Origin: Macrostomum lignano
Taxonomy: Eukaryota
Direction: 5' to 3'
Assembly (NCBI GenBank): GCA_002269645.1
Contig: NIVC01000070.1
Coordinates: 558,001 to 622,000 of the forward strand
Length of the DNA stretch: 64,000 nucleotides
The notes beneath the pieces are model-generated. The model was not told where the DNA came from, made no database searches, and worked only from the letters and a program-made list of their open reading frames with translations. The position numbers were made by a program, and so were the translations under genes. Position 1 is the stretch's first letter; every line of letters starts with the position of its first letter. This document shows, in pieces, positions 12,301-23,536 of the stretch.

Positions 12301-13044
12301 GGCGTTACTGGTAAGAACATCATTTTCCATTCGGACAGCCAAGCTGCCTTGCACGCCATCAGTGGCTGCAGCACCAACTCTGCTACAGTCCTTGACTGTA
12401 TCAAACTCCTCAATGTGTTGGGCTCCACCAACAAAATTACCCTTAAGTGGGTTCCGGGGCATGTGGGGATCCGAGGAAATGAGTTGGCTGACACCCTTGT
12501 AAAAGTTGGTGCCTCCGGCTCCTCTCTCGGCCCCGAACCTCTTGTCCCGATTCCTGGCTGTGTCATCGACTCGCGCATCAAAGCGTGGATCAGGACTCAG
12601 CACCGCTCGACTTGGGCGAACCGCACGAACTGCAGGCAATCCAGAGGCGCTGTCCCTCAGCCCTCTCACCAGCTCCGGAAGCTCCTCTTGCGCCTCTCGC
12701 GCAGAGACATCCGGGCTGCCACCATGACCCTCTCTGGTCACGGCTGCTTCTCCAGGCACCAGTACCTGCAGGGCAACGCCACCAACGCCACCTGTAGTTT
12801 CTGCAACTCAGGTGACGAAACCGCTGAGCATTTCGTCAGCATCTGTCCCGCCTTCACGCGGGCCAGACTCACTTACCTCGGGCCACACACATCTATTACT
12901 GAAGCGTGCAAACCCGAAAACTTTAATCAGCTCATGCGCTACCTTCGGGCCACCCGCAGGGCTGAACTCTCCTTTCCAGAGAGCACCATAGCTGCTGGCG
13001 ACACTGGGGGACCTCCCTGGGCGGCGCCAACCCTCCGTCCATAG
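9304..13044 (+). CDS. Non-LTR retrotransposon ORF2: AP endonuclease, reverse transcriptase, RNase H and C-terminal CCHC-type zinc finger (1246 aa)
   Basis: APE: QINLQH, IQEPW, GDLNAHH, SDH. RT: PGPDG, KPGK, RPISLTS, QHAFR, FLDIVGAFD, PQGGVL, YADD, LGV. RNase H: YTDGS, QNEV, SDSQAAL, WVPGHVGIRGNELAD. Zinc finger: CSFCNSGDETAEHFVSIC. No stops or frameshifts. Confidence 0.97.
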   Translation: MTKLHAAKGATFCLQINLQHCVSASVNLMKIAELYRPGLILIQEPWMRNGKLPNIPSGYSDFYVCGPGNSRPRAAILAASHLQAWLRTDLSDGDLCVIQSNHFSPRTCLVASVYMPGDRDPAPESLLRLAQYCEPQNAELCLGGDLNAHHKHWGSKDTNTRGEELLALISNTNLMLCNRGSTPTFNNGRWTEVLDATLVTPRLFDRVKEWRVWSEEPSLSDHCFIAFNIADTKTQSPITWRRNIRNTDWAAYKAALDLHLQELTDLRPIETCEDVDHMAETLTGCIIAAYEAACPARAYRGKTSAPWWNPELGKLRRKAKSLHRRAMKTGNPEDMELFRQASRNFKSEVRKAKECKWRQFCNELDQDRPTSRLVKALTMDKMSKLAMIKKDDGSLTKDPEEVLQHMLSTFFPRVPTARPEPNHSMDGATLAAGIVTEDLIARAVRTFKPFKSPGPDGIYPVLLREAAKIPSFLRLTRNLMRASIQLGYVPKSWTEARVVFIPKPGKGDYQSVKAFRPISLTSAMLKLTERLILWRLLSCELTAMPLSNNQHAFRTGRSTDSALHAIVEKIERAVLGDGYALALFLDIVGAFDNVIFEAFQRALQNRKAHATLIRWIMYMISNRTVTAQLLGQTASTRVCKGGPQGGVLTPTLWNLVMDALLSDSRPDPVFKVGYADDVTAIVAGPSPSTLRDLMQSFIRKAESWANDNGLELSEPKTVAIMFTSRLRWNIRPLQLYGRDIAFAHQTRCLGVTLDHRLNWSFHVKAKAKRASAILAQLRRALGTSWGLSPKRLWWIYTSVVRPAITYASVVWVSATQVKSHADLLNTIQGRACRLICNATRSTPFAGMGAFLNLPPLDLFIRGEAARTTWRLIDAGVKFIYMRAPAKRNLVPHSDLCLNFLNECQANRVFTDGIASTLNLRQRYSVAIDSRDNINDHWNPGELHCYTDGSKQSANTGFGVGIFLNGRVIATHAQYTGVNSSVFQNEVLAISSCTAELLATGVTGKNIIFHSDSQAALHAISGCSTNSATVLDCIKLLNVLGSTNKITLKWVPGHVGIRGNELADTLVKVGASGSSLGPEPLVPIPGCVIDSRIKAWIRTQHRSTWANRTNCRQSRGAVPQPSHQLRKLLLRLSRRDIRAATMTLSGHGCFSRHQYLQGNATNATCSFCNSGDETAEHFVSICPAFTRARLTYLGPHTSITEACKPENFNQLMRYLRATRRAELSFPESTIAAGDTGGPPWAAPTLRP

Positions 13045-13166
13045 CGACGCGTCGGCCGTTCAGGGACTAGCGGAATGGGCGCCCGCGCCTTCCCGCTGTG
13101 TCCCCTCCGGGACAGCCCTGCAGCTAAGTCAAGTAAGTCAAGTCAAGACGAAGGGACTGACAATCA

Positions 13167-13864
13167 GGGAGGCTGGCCCAGCAACTGAGAATCTGGGAGG
13201 CTGGCCCAGCAACTGAGAATCTGGGAGGCTGGCCCAGCAACTGAGGGTGTGGGAGGCTGGCCCAGCAACTGAGGATCTGGGAGGCTGGCACAGCAACTGA
13301 GGATCTGAGAGGCTGGCCCAGCAACTGAGAATCTGGGAGGCTGGCCCAGCAACTGAGGGTGTGGGAGGCTGGCCCAGCAACTGAGGGTCTGGGAGGCTGG
13401 CCCAGCAACTGACACTCTGGGAGGCTGGCCCAGCAACTGAGGGTGTGGGAGGCTGGCCCAGCAACTGAGGGTGTGGGAGGCTGGCCCAGCAACTGAGGGT
13501 CTGGGAGGCTGGCCCAGCAACTGACACTCTGGGAGGCTGGCCCAGCAACTGAGAATCTGGGAGGCTGGCCCAGCAACTGAGAATCTGGGAGGCTGGCCCA
13601 GAAACTGAGGATCTGGGAGGCTGGCACAGCAACTGAGAATCTGGGAGGCTGGCCCAGCAACTGAGGGTGTGGGAGGCTGGCCCAGCAACTGAGGGTGTGG
13701 GAGGCTGGCCCAGCAACTGAGGGTGTGGGAGGCTGGCCCAGCAACTGAGGATCTGGGAGGCTGGCCCAGCAACTGAGGATCTGGGAGGCTGGCCCAGCAA
13801 CTGAGGATCTGGGAGGCTGGACCAGCAACTGAGCATCCGGTAGGGCAGCCCAGCAACTGAGGAT
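13167..13864. repeat. Second array of the 28-bp minisatellite (about 25 copies)
   Basis: Same unit and orientation as 1826-3258, with variants GAGAATCT, GAGGGTGT and GACACTCT; starts 8 nt after the retrotransposon TSD. Confidence 0.95.
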
Positions 13865-14639
13865 TTTGCAGTGTCGAAATCGGATTATCAGGGGGTGTAG
13901 TGAAATCCTCCTAAACAATAATCCCCATCAGACAACCAGCAGATCCCACCAACACGCGCATATCAGTAGAAAAGAACTTTTTCACTCTCTCTCTTGCATG
14001 CCAAAAGCAGGGCGTGAGTCACATCGTCCCAAGCCGAACAGAAAATGCCTTAACCTACACATGCAGCGCTGCACAGGCAGAACTACACGAACTGGTTGGT
14101 AATGGATATCTAGATCGGCAGTACTAACCATACGACCATGCGCGCACGGTCGAGGACTTAAAAAGGCTGATGATGTGTAGGAAATGCGCACGGCTGATAT
14201 CCGAGCCCCGCTGATCCAGTAGGGGGAGGCAACAAATAGGAATAATATCCCATACTAAACTACACCTTAGATATCCGCAGGGCAGGCTGTAGACTAGGAA
14301 ATTGCATAGGGTAAGAAGCAAAATGCGGCAAAAAGAAAAAAACTGGTCATAAGGAGAGGAGAGACGAGGTTGCCCCAGTTTGACCTGCGCCCACGCTGGC
14401 TCTAATGATAAGCTCATAAATACTAGATATGAAGGCCGCGTTCGTGCTTCATCTGATAGCATAGGTACAGATATTAGCACTCTGTTGATTGTTAGTAACT
14501 GGAAATAGCATAAAACAACTGGACCCATAAAAAGGCAAACAAGCTAATACGATTATTGCTAATACAGATTGAATTAACAGAGAATGTAGGATAAACGGAC
14601 AGAATGTCACTAAACAGATATAAACTAAACTAGATAGTT

Positions 14640-14652
14640 AGACAGACAGATA

Positions 14653-14695
<43 letters not shown>
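14640..14695. repeat. (GATA)n microsatellite
   Basis: Run of tagatagataga. Confidence 0.9.
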
Positions 14696-14696
<1 letters not shown>

Positions 14697-15329
14697 AAAT
14701 CCTTCCGGTACTTTAGTAAAATTATACATGTATACTACTTGTACATAAAAATCGAGCCAGCTTAAAAAAATTCAAAAATGTTTTTGCAAACCGAACATAA
14801 ACCTCTCAGGCTACTGACAGTAGTAGAAAAAGAATATAAACACACAAAACACCCAAAATCATTGCAGAACTCACCCAACCGATCAATTTTGTTGCCAATT
14901 TCGTTGAGTCTATTACTTGGCTGGCTCGATCTTCGTTTAAATGCAGTTCGCCACTTTTTACACAATTTTAATGTCCAGTCTTGGGAGTTCTTTTGCTTTT
15001 TTCTTTATAAAAACCAGAAACCCTGACGCTGACAAGCCTCTACTGAGGACGGCGAAAGGCGAATTTCTCTGCTGCTAATTATCGGATCTGGCATGGGACG
15101 AAACTTGCATTGTTACTAATAGTAACGATAGTAAAGCTCACTGCGATCCAGCAAAACAACACGAGTCTTGAATAGAACTGAACAGAACAGTAGAGAATAG
15201 AATAGAATCTTGAATACTCTGCTTCTCTACTAACAGTAGTGTCTTAAGAACATTTAGGCAACTAATGATTTGTAACAAAAAAGCTGGACAGACAAATAAA
15301 TTAACAGAGACCGACTTGACAGACAGGAA

Positions 15330-15800
<471 letters not shown>

Positions 15801-17725
15801 TAAAATCAGACACATACAGCCACGGACAAATAGGTAGACAAGGAGAATTCAGGCATAAATGTACAAATACACAAATGAACTCGAATGTAATATAAGGACT
15901 TTGTTTGAAGGTTAATTTCTGTACCTGTCTAAAGCACAGGTACATATTAATAATAAAACACAACCACAACCAGCACTGACGGCAACTCTGCCCATTCCGA
16001 TGACTCCTCAGATTTGGGGGTTGGCCCTCATGGGTGTGGCTAAGTATATAAATAATAAAAAGTAAAAGATTTAACAAACGACACACTAAAAGCAATAGTA
16101 TTACTAATAAATAATGTATTTTCCTAAATCTAACAAGTTCACAAGCAGCACAGAATGACAACGATATACTACTCACAATAAGTAAGAGAACACGCAATGA
16201 GGCACTATTGTTACACATACTGCGAGTCAGCTCTGAGCATGAAATTCAAATGAGAAATGCTCCAGTCTGTGCACCTCAGCTTACTGCCATCAGAATCAAC
16301 AAAGACTCGCTCCGGTCCGCACTGGCTGAGCCCGTTGAACACAAAGACTCTGCTAGCCCTGACTGACCAAACAAAAGCAGACGAGGCCACCTCAGGCGAC
16401 ACGGTGTTTGTTCGCTTCTGGCCGCTAATAAATCTCAAGTGGGACAGTTTCAATTGATCCTTAGGCACCCCGTAGCAACCAAATATTCGCATAGAGACGC
16501 CAACTCGAACACAGCGCAGCAAGAAACTATTAGACGAGTGCGGTCCTGCGTGCTCAATGCTCAAATTGCAGAGATCGATGGCTCGAACTGCAGATTTAGT
16601 GGGCAAGCACTGCCTGACCGTGGCCTTCTGACCAATACTCATTGCCGAGTAATTAGCCATCACTTCGGCTGCGCAGTCTGGGGTCAGACAGGCTGGAGGC
16701 GACCCAGGCGATGCAGCCAGGTGTTTGCCAACTGACACAACTGTGCTAATTAGGCGGCGAACTTCTGTCCGGAAATTCACACCGCAGGTAAGCAGCAGCA
16801 TGAGTACGCGGCCAGTTTGGCTGAATCGAGTCAAGCGGCCCAAGCGTTGCTCATGTTGCAGTTGCAGCACTGGCAGGCCAAACAGAGCCTGCTGAGTCTG
16901 GCCTAAGCCAAGCTGCTGTCTGTGTTGCACTTTTGCTTGCTATGGAATGATGAAACACAAAATAATGGTAGGTTTTGTATACTAATCATCATAGATTAGA
17001 TTAAATTCTAATAAGTATTAGTTAACAATTATATCTATCTATATCTATAGTCAAATATTATGTTTTAGGTTTCTGTCAGTGTGTATTGTGAAGTGTTGGG
17101 CATCATTGGTGAAAATCTTACCTTTATTAATGGCAAAAGCATTGCCTTGCCATTAATTTAACCTTGTCTAACCTTGTTTGAACTCTTTTTTTTTGTTAAG
17201 TAACTTAATATAATTATTAATAAGCATTTATCTGTTGATGTTAACATATAATATGTAGGAATTTCACACTTTTTTAAATAGACTTTGTAAATAAGAATAT
17301 TAAATAAATATTAGGCTTATAAAAAAGTAATTAATACATTTGCAAGGTCAACATCAGAAACAAAGAGATTAATTAAGCACTTATTGATGATTGATAATGA
17401 AAAATCTTAATGCTTACTAAAGGATAAATTCCTATTAATGGATTAGTAGCAAACACTGGTATTTTGGTATATCAACATTAACTTTTGGATATGAACTTTT
17501 AGATATAATCAATCAATATGTTTAAGGATTATATATTAAACTCTGCCTTATAGTCAACAGCTATATCTTCCAAGTTTTTTAAGGAGAAAATAAATAACAG
17601 TTTATGTCATTTAAAATATCTACTTCTAAATAAGTCAAATAATATCATAGGCCTATAGCATGCTAGGGTGCCAGTTTTTTTTAATAAACTTTAATTATTT
17701 CATACACATGCTTCGGTGCAGCCTA

Positions 17726-17875
17726 GGAATTCACCTAGCCATTTCTATTGGCAACACACACACACATACACACAAACGTAAATCACTATTGGATAGAATA
17801 GTAGTCACGTGACTGCTTTTAGCCAATAGCAACTTATATGTATGTGTTGCCAATAGAAATGGCTAGGTGAATCCC
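17726..17875. mobile_element. About 150-bp palindromic MITE-like element
   Basis: Perfect 30-bp inverted repeats ATTCACCTAGCCATTTCTATTGGCAACACA (17729-17758) and its reverse complement (17843-17872); inner CTATTGG/CCAATAG pair; central palindrome AGTCACGTGACT (17803-17814). No clear TSD. Confidence 0.65.
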
Positions 17876-20800
17876 AAAGTTCTGCATGTATGTTTAGATT
17901 TCTTTTTAACCATGATACATGATTTTTATTTAATTAAAAAAATTTTGCTTTTTTAATTTCATTAGAAATAAATATTCTGTGGTAGGCAAAGCTTCCACTT
18001 TCCCATATGTAAACATTCCCCACATACTGTAATGTTTCTCCCTCCCTATAACCATGGCATGTAGTTGTCAATGTCACTATTTCCCTATGTGGATATCTCT
18101 TTTACCTTTAGTATATTTTGGGTTTCCTACCATCCATGATTTTGTTTTATTGTTATTATAAATAGGGCTATACTCAATATTAGCAATTACCACCCAATCT
18201 ATCCCTCTTTTCTAGGAGACTGACAATTGATTGCTACAATTTGACTACCAAAATTTTATTGCCATCTTTTTTCACTGCTAGATATTTAACTGACACAATT
18301 TTATAGCCACCAATTTTACTACCAAGCAATTTAACTACAATTTAACAATTTAGTCATTTTTTAAAACTACAAACATGAGAAACTTAATAGCTGAAGCTCT
18401 TATTAGCATCCTAAGTTTGTTTGAATTGTTTCAAACATTGGGAATGTTCAAACATTCAAACATTTAGCATTGGAAAGCCAAAAAATACAATACAAGTTTT
18501 TTAATAAACTACTTATAGCATCTCTTTGCAATATACCTTAGCAGTCTCTTATAAGCCTTGACATGTCAGCAATTCCCCCCACAAGTCTTAATATATCAAC
18601 TTCTTCCCTTGACATCTTAGCAACCCCCCCCCCTATACTATAAGCCTTGAAATCTTAAAAAATCAATCAACCTACTAACCCTAACCTTAACCCTATATTT
18701 AACAATGAAAGTTATATACAAAGATATTTTATATAATTAATTAGTCTATTTATAATAGAAGCATAGTTTTGTTTGCTATTTTTACTTATATAGGCTTTAT
18801 AAAACTAAATTTATTAAAATGTTTAAACTTAAAAATAGGTTTACTAAAGAAGGTTAAAGCTCAATATTATTATATTTTATAAGTCCAAATCATGTTTGAT
18901 GCATGCCCTAACAAAAATTTAATAGGGCCTAATTATAAATGTATGCCAAAAAAACTTTTAGTGCATGCCCTAATTATACTTTCAAATCTATATTAGTATT
19001 GCAACAATAAAAAATAAATGACTTTTTTTATTATGCAAAAATTCCTTTTTAGAAGATAATTTAATTTGGTTGCTTTTTTATATTTCTTGCCTATATTATC
19101 TTTAGTGGAAAATTGATAAGCATAAAACTTTGTTTAAATGCTATGTTACAGGCTTAAAACCAGAAACAAAAGCTTGAAATTTACACTTAAAATAAACTTT
19201 TTGAAACAATATTTTCCACTTGAGTAAACACTAGTCCTAACTCTTTCATGTGATTCTATGAAGTGCATCGTGCATGCCAGGTGTGCATGTATCAGTATGC
19301 ATATTATTTTATTTTCTTAGGAGTCCTGCATGCCAATTTTTGACATGCAAGGCCAATGTATCATATATGCCCCAATTTTTGGACATATACTACATGATCT
19401 AGAGTGTAGGCTATATTTTTTATATAATATTGCAATAGTTTTGTACCTGATTGCAGCGCATGGGCATTTTGGCGGACGGCATCCAGCGTGGATTAGCCTG
19501 CGCAGCACAGCATTGGTGGTGGACTAGGGGTAAGTTGCAAAAATGCCACCCTATAGAATATGGGCGTAGTACTAATTAGATGCCAAGGCATTTAGGCTTG
19601 ATAAGACAGTCATAGTTACTCCTGCCGTTTATCCAAAACTGCGTTAATTTTGCTTTAGGGTTTCTTTCATAGGTAAGTCATTTCACAGCATGGCGCAGGT
19701 TGTGTAGGCGTCTGGCGTACTTAAGCCATGCGCTGCAATAGGGGTTTTGTAATCCCTACTATATTTTATTTATATTGAACTAAAACTTTTATTTAGTTCA
19801 TTATAAACAGAAATCTTTCTATACAAAAGGCTAGGCCTATAGACATAGTATGGATAGGCCTATTTAGTCTTTCAAGCAAAGTGGGGGGCCTAGAACAAAT
19901 ATGATTGCTAAATATTAATAAATTTTGCCTTTGATTTTAAATAGTACTAGCCTAAAGGAATATAGGCCTATGCCCTATGGATAATATGGTTTAGACAAAA
20001 ACTAGCCTAGGTCTAGCCAATAGAGGGCCTATTAGTATTACAGAAGAAAATAAAAGCAGATAAATTACATTTTGCAAGATATAGGCCCTTAGGCCCTACT
20101 ACTAACTATAGTAATAATCTAAATATACTAAATCTCTTAAGAAATAAATTAATAATACTAATAGATGGGCCTATGCTATCATTGCTATGCAGGCTATGCC
20201 TAGTTCTAGTAGTTATTATAGTCACTTATTAAGGTAAAATTTAAGGTAATGTACAGACTATACTACGTGGCATACACGTGTAGCTTGCTAATTTTATTAA
20301 CGACATAAGAATTAGGATCCAGGCCCACGAAATACATAGCAACAGCAACGTGTGCCGTGAGGCGATGGCGAGGGCGAGGTGACTAATACACTTGAGGTTG
20401 TGGTCAATTAGAATTAGTCTTATCCAAGAAAAAAAGGCAGTATAACAACTTGCAACTTCTGTGATACAATCGTATTTTATTGCGTGTCAAAATGTGCAGA
20501 ATTCTTAGCTATGTTCAAGAAATATTTAATTAATCAAAAACTAAATTACAATGCCAAATTTTCTAATTTAGGAGAAAAATGTTGTACTTTTTTCTTTGAT
20601 AATAAGGTTTAGAAAAAAATCGCGTCCTTTGATACGAAATCCATGAAAATACTTTTATCTTTACTATTGCACCACTGAAATTTTTTATTCTACAGAAATG
20701 CAGTGCAGCTCTTGGTCTTAAGATAATGCAGGATGAAAATGCAGGGTTCAAATAATCCCCTTATATTATAAACTTTAATGAGGTTTGGATCGAGGCTGGA

Positions 20801-21299
20801 TCAGTTGCCGACGCCCCACCATTTTGCTGGCGACCACGGGCGCTATAGTGCTGCGATGTCGTGCAGAGAGATCCGGTGGTGCCGCGGTGTCTGCTGCGCA
20901 GTCCCCTCGAGATTCCATGAATTCTCTGTCCTGTCTGTATACCTGTTGAGTCCTTTAGCAGGCCTGCGGCGCGGGCGGGGAACGACAGCTGTGGACCGCG
21001 CAGGATTTGCCGCCAGGGGCGTGTTAGCCCACCTCTTTCTGTGCTTAGATGCCACAAGCTGATGCGAGTTGTCACACGGGCATATAGCCGTGACCTTCTG
21101 TTACCGGGTCCTGATCGATTTGGGCTGCTTCAGCTTCGCGATTTTGCCCTTGATGGGGTACACGTCCTCGGGAGGGGTCGTGACGTGCAGGAGCTCTATT
21201 TCCTGGGCTCCCGCGCTCGCCTGTTTAGGCTTATAATTTGGTGGTGTAGGATTTAAAGCTGAAGATTTGGATCCACATCACCTACAGTATAGCTGGTAG

Positions 21300-22043
21300 A
21301 GATAAGGGACATGTCCGAGTAGCGGAGCATCCAGTTATCAGACAGTCCGAGGATTGTTTTGAAATCGTCTCCAACCAGCTTGCAGATAGCCTCATGATCC
21401 ACGACGCCATTTGCCGGAAAGTCTCGCCCAGTAGCAGGCGACGGACGATCGATCCCTGTCCTCGCTCACGGCACTTCAAGCAGGCCCACTGGACCAGGAA
21501 ACTGCGAACACAATCAGGTGCTGGCACCTGCTGCTCGACATCAGCCTCAACACAGCTTCCATCCAGTTGGTTTGGGTGCCGGCACACTGCAGCATCCCCC
21601 TCAATGAGGCGGCAGACCGAGCTGCCGGATTGGCCAGAAGACTGTCTCAAAGTGACGCACCGGTCTCTTTCAGCCCTGCCAAGGCGGCCATTCGGCGCGA
21701 CCGGCGCGCCCTGGAAGGCAGCATCCTCCCAGCGCGCTGGCCGGCTTTCCGTGCGAGAAACTGGCTAGAGCAGACTGTGGTGTGCCAGCTCAAGGCTGGC
21801 GCGTCGATGCTCTGCGCCGAAGACTCCGCCTGGGTTTGACCGACTCCCCTCAATGCCCGAATTGCGGGGAGACTGATGACAGTGAACACGCTTGTTCCGC
21901 TGCCCCCGTGGAGACGCTCGGCGCATGCCCCTGGTCGGCAACGATACCGAGCGCCTCCTACGGGTTCCGGGACTTGGGCTCTCGTTCCTGCGGAGCCTGG
22001 GGCGCTGGCCCCCGTCTATTAGAAGAAGAAGAAGAAGAAGAAG
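21300..22043 (+). mobile_element. Decayed 3' end of an I-group (Ingi/I-like) LINE: RNase H, zinc finger and (GAA)n tail
   Basis: SLTALQAGPLDQETANTIRCWHLLLD...QLVWVPAHCSIPLNEAADRAA (RNase H C-half); frameshifted CPNCGETDDSEH..FRCP; FLRSLGRW; (GAA)7-8 tail at 22021-22043. The 5' boundary is approximate. Confidence 0.75.
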
Positions 22044-22640
22044 CTCGTGTGTGCGGCACAAACTGCGACCGCGTCTACACCGCGGTGCTACCTTATGAGC
22101 AAGATCTTTGGTTTCCCTTAGCAGCCAAGAGCCGCATGCGACATCCTTTTCCTCCGACCTTCGGAAACTGTCTCCCCGCGGGCTCACCGTCCTTCCAAAA
22201 AATCTTGCTGACAGCTAACGCCATCGCTCTCGTTCAATACCTTCCTGGACGAGACGAAACCACCAATTTCGCTTCGTGACCGTCAGGTCAGCCAAAAATT
22301 TCGAAATCTTGCTCCTTCCGGTTACCCCATCGTCACAACGGATGAAGTCCACAAACTCATCAAGAGCACCCGCTACCTACAAAGCCATAGGATCAGATGG
22401 CCTCTGCGCAGTGACACACCTGAGAGTCCTGAGACCCAAAGAAATTGCATTCCTTTGCATGCTTTTCAATCTCTGCGTCCGCTCCAGCGTCTTCCCGTCC
22501 ACCTTGACGGCCGCCAAAGTTTTTTTCTGTTGCCGAAAGCCCGGTAGGGACTCCTCTCTCGGTGGCTCATACCGACCCATCTCCATCCTGTCGCTTGTCA
22601 TGCTAAAAGAATAATATTGATTACACCTGCCGATCACCGG
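22044..22640 (+). mobile_element. Decayed LINE fragment: APE-RT linker and RT domains 0-1
   Basis: PIVTTDEVHKLIKS / KAIGSDGL...HLRVLRPKEIAFLCMLFNLC...FPSTL...RKPGRD...SYRPISILSLV, followed by stops; matches the PGPDG...KPGK...YRPISLL signature. Confidence 0.75.
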
Positions 22641-23536
22641 CCTTAATGGGCAAATGTGCAACCGACAGCCCAGCCGCAGTTATTGCGCGGAGCATCTGAA
22701 GGGTGCGTAGTACGGCTGTTCAGTCCACGGTCTGGTCAGGGGGGGGGGGGGTCGCCACACACAGCTTCAATTACCCCAGATTAAGAGTTTCCTATTTCTT
22801 TGTCACTACTACATAATGTAAGTAGTATATTTTGATACTGAATATTGGCTAGAAAATTCACGAGAGTTAACTAAAAGTCAAAATTGATCAGCTGAATTCG
22901 TATTCTTTTAACATGCGAGTCAAACTATTCAAGCACAATTGTTGGAGCGCATAAATTATTATCCACATATATAGCCTCTTGGACCTTGGTCAAAGAAGGT
23001 CGATCAAAGCTATTGTCTAATTTGTCAAAGTTTGCCTTAGAAGATATACAGCATACATTGTAGCTTGTGCTGTCTCCAGACTTGAAAGCCGTTTGCTTCG
23101 GGCTTAGCAAAGTTAGGAAGATTTATTGCCTTCAATAGTCAGCTTGGTGGTGGCGCCATTCCCGCCATACCTTAAAATATAATTTCAATTCTCTCTTGGG
23201 GGCAGCACCGACTATGAGTAATCATGAATAACCAATTTTTCCGCCCATTGAACTACCAAGGTGGGGGATCCCCTCCCCTGACAATTATTTTTTTGCTGCG
23301 CCGGAACGGAGCAACGCGGGTGCAATCTATTGAAGGTGCCGACGGCGTCGGGGTGATGACGGAATGCTTGAGAGACTGGCTGAGGATGCCCAGCAGTTGA
23401 GGTTTGCCCACTGTCGAGGCTTGATAAGCGAAACTAGAGAAATTCGCATCAGGGTGCAGTCCATGGTCACCTGGTGCCACCTGTTAAAGGTCCAGAAGCT
23501 CCGCCTAGGTGAAGGCCAGTGACCGATGAAGTCAGA

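Larger units (their letters stand above)
8679..13146 (+). mobile_element. 5'-truncated non-LTR retrotransposon, LOA clade (I group)
   Basis: Direct repeat GACGAAGGGACT at 8667-8678 and 13147-13158 (TSD of 11-12 bp); 3' tail TAAGTCAAGTAAGTCAAGTCAAG at 13125-13147; ORF1 remnant plus a complete ORF2. Clade inferred from the QINLQH start, the RNase H domain and the GPEP motif after it. Confidence 0.9.

Noticed and set aside
9376-12797. Short overlapping and antisense ORFs within retrotransposon ORF2
   Set aside because: Expected shadows of a long GC-rich coding sequence; no independent motifs.
15043-15064. Hammerhead-ribozyme-like CTGAGGA...GAAA...GAAT
   Set aside because: Stem II has a G-G mismatch, the GAAA core reads GAAT, and no convincing stems I and III were found.
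20761-21256. GC-rich segment with several 70-104-aa ORFs
   Set aside because: No recognisable motif in any frame; probably TE debris next to the LINE relics, but not assignable.
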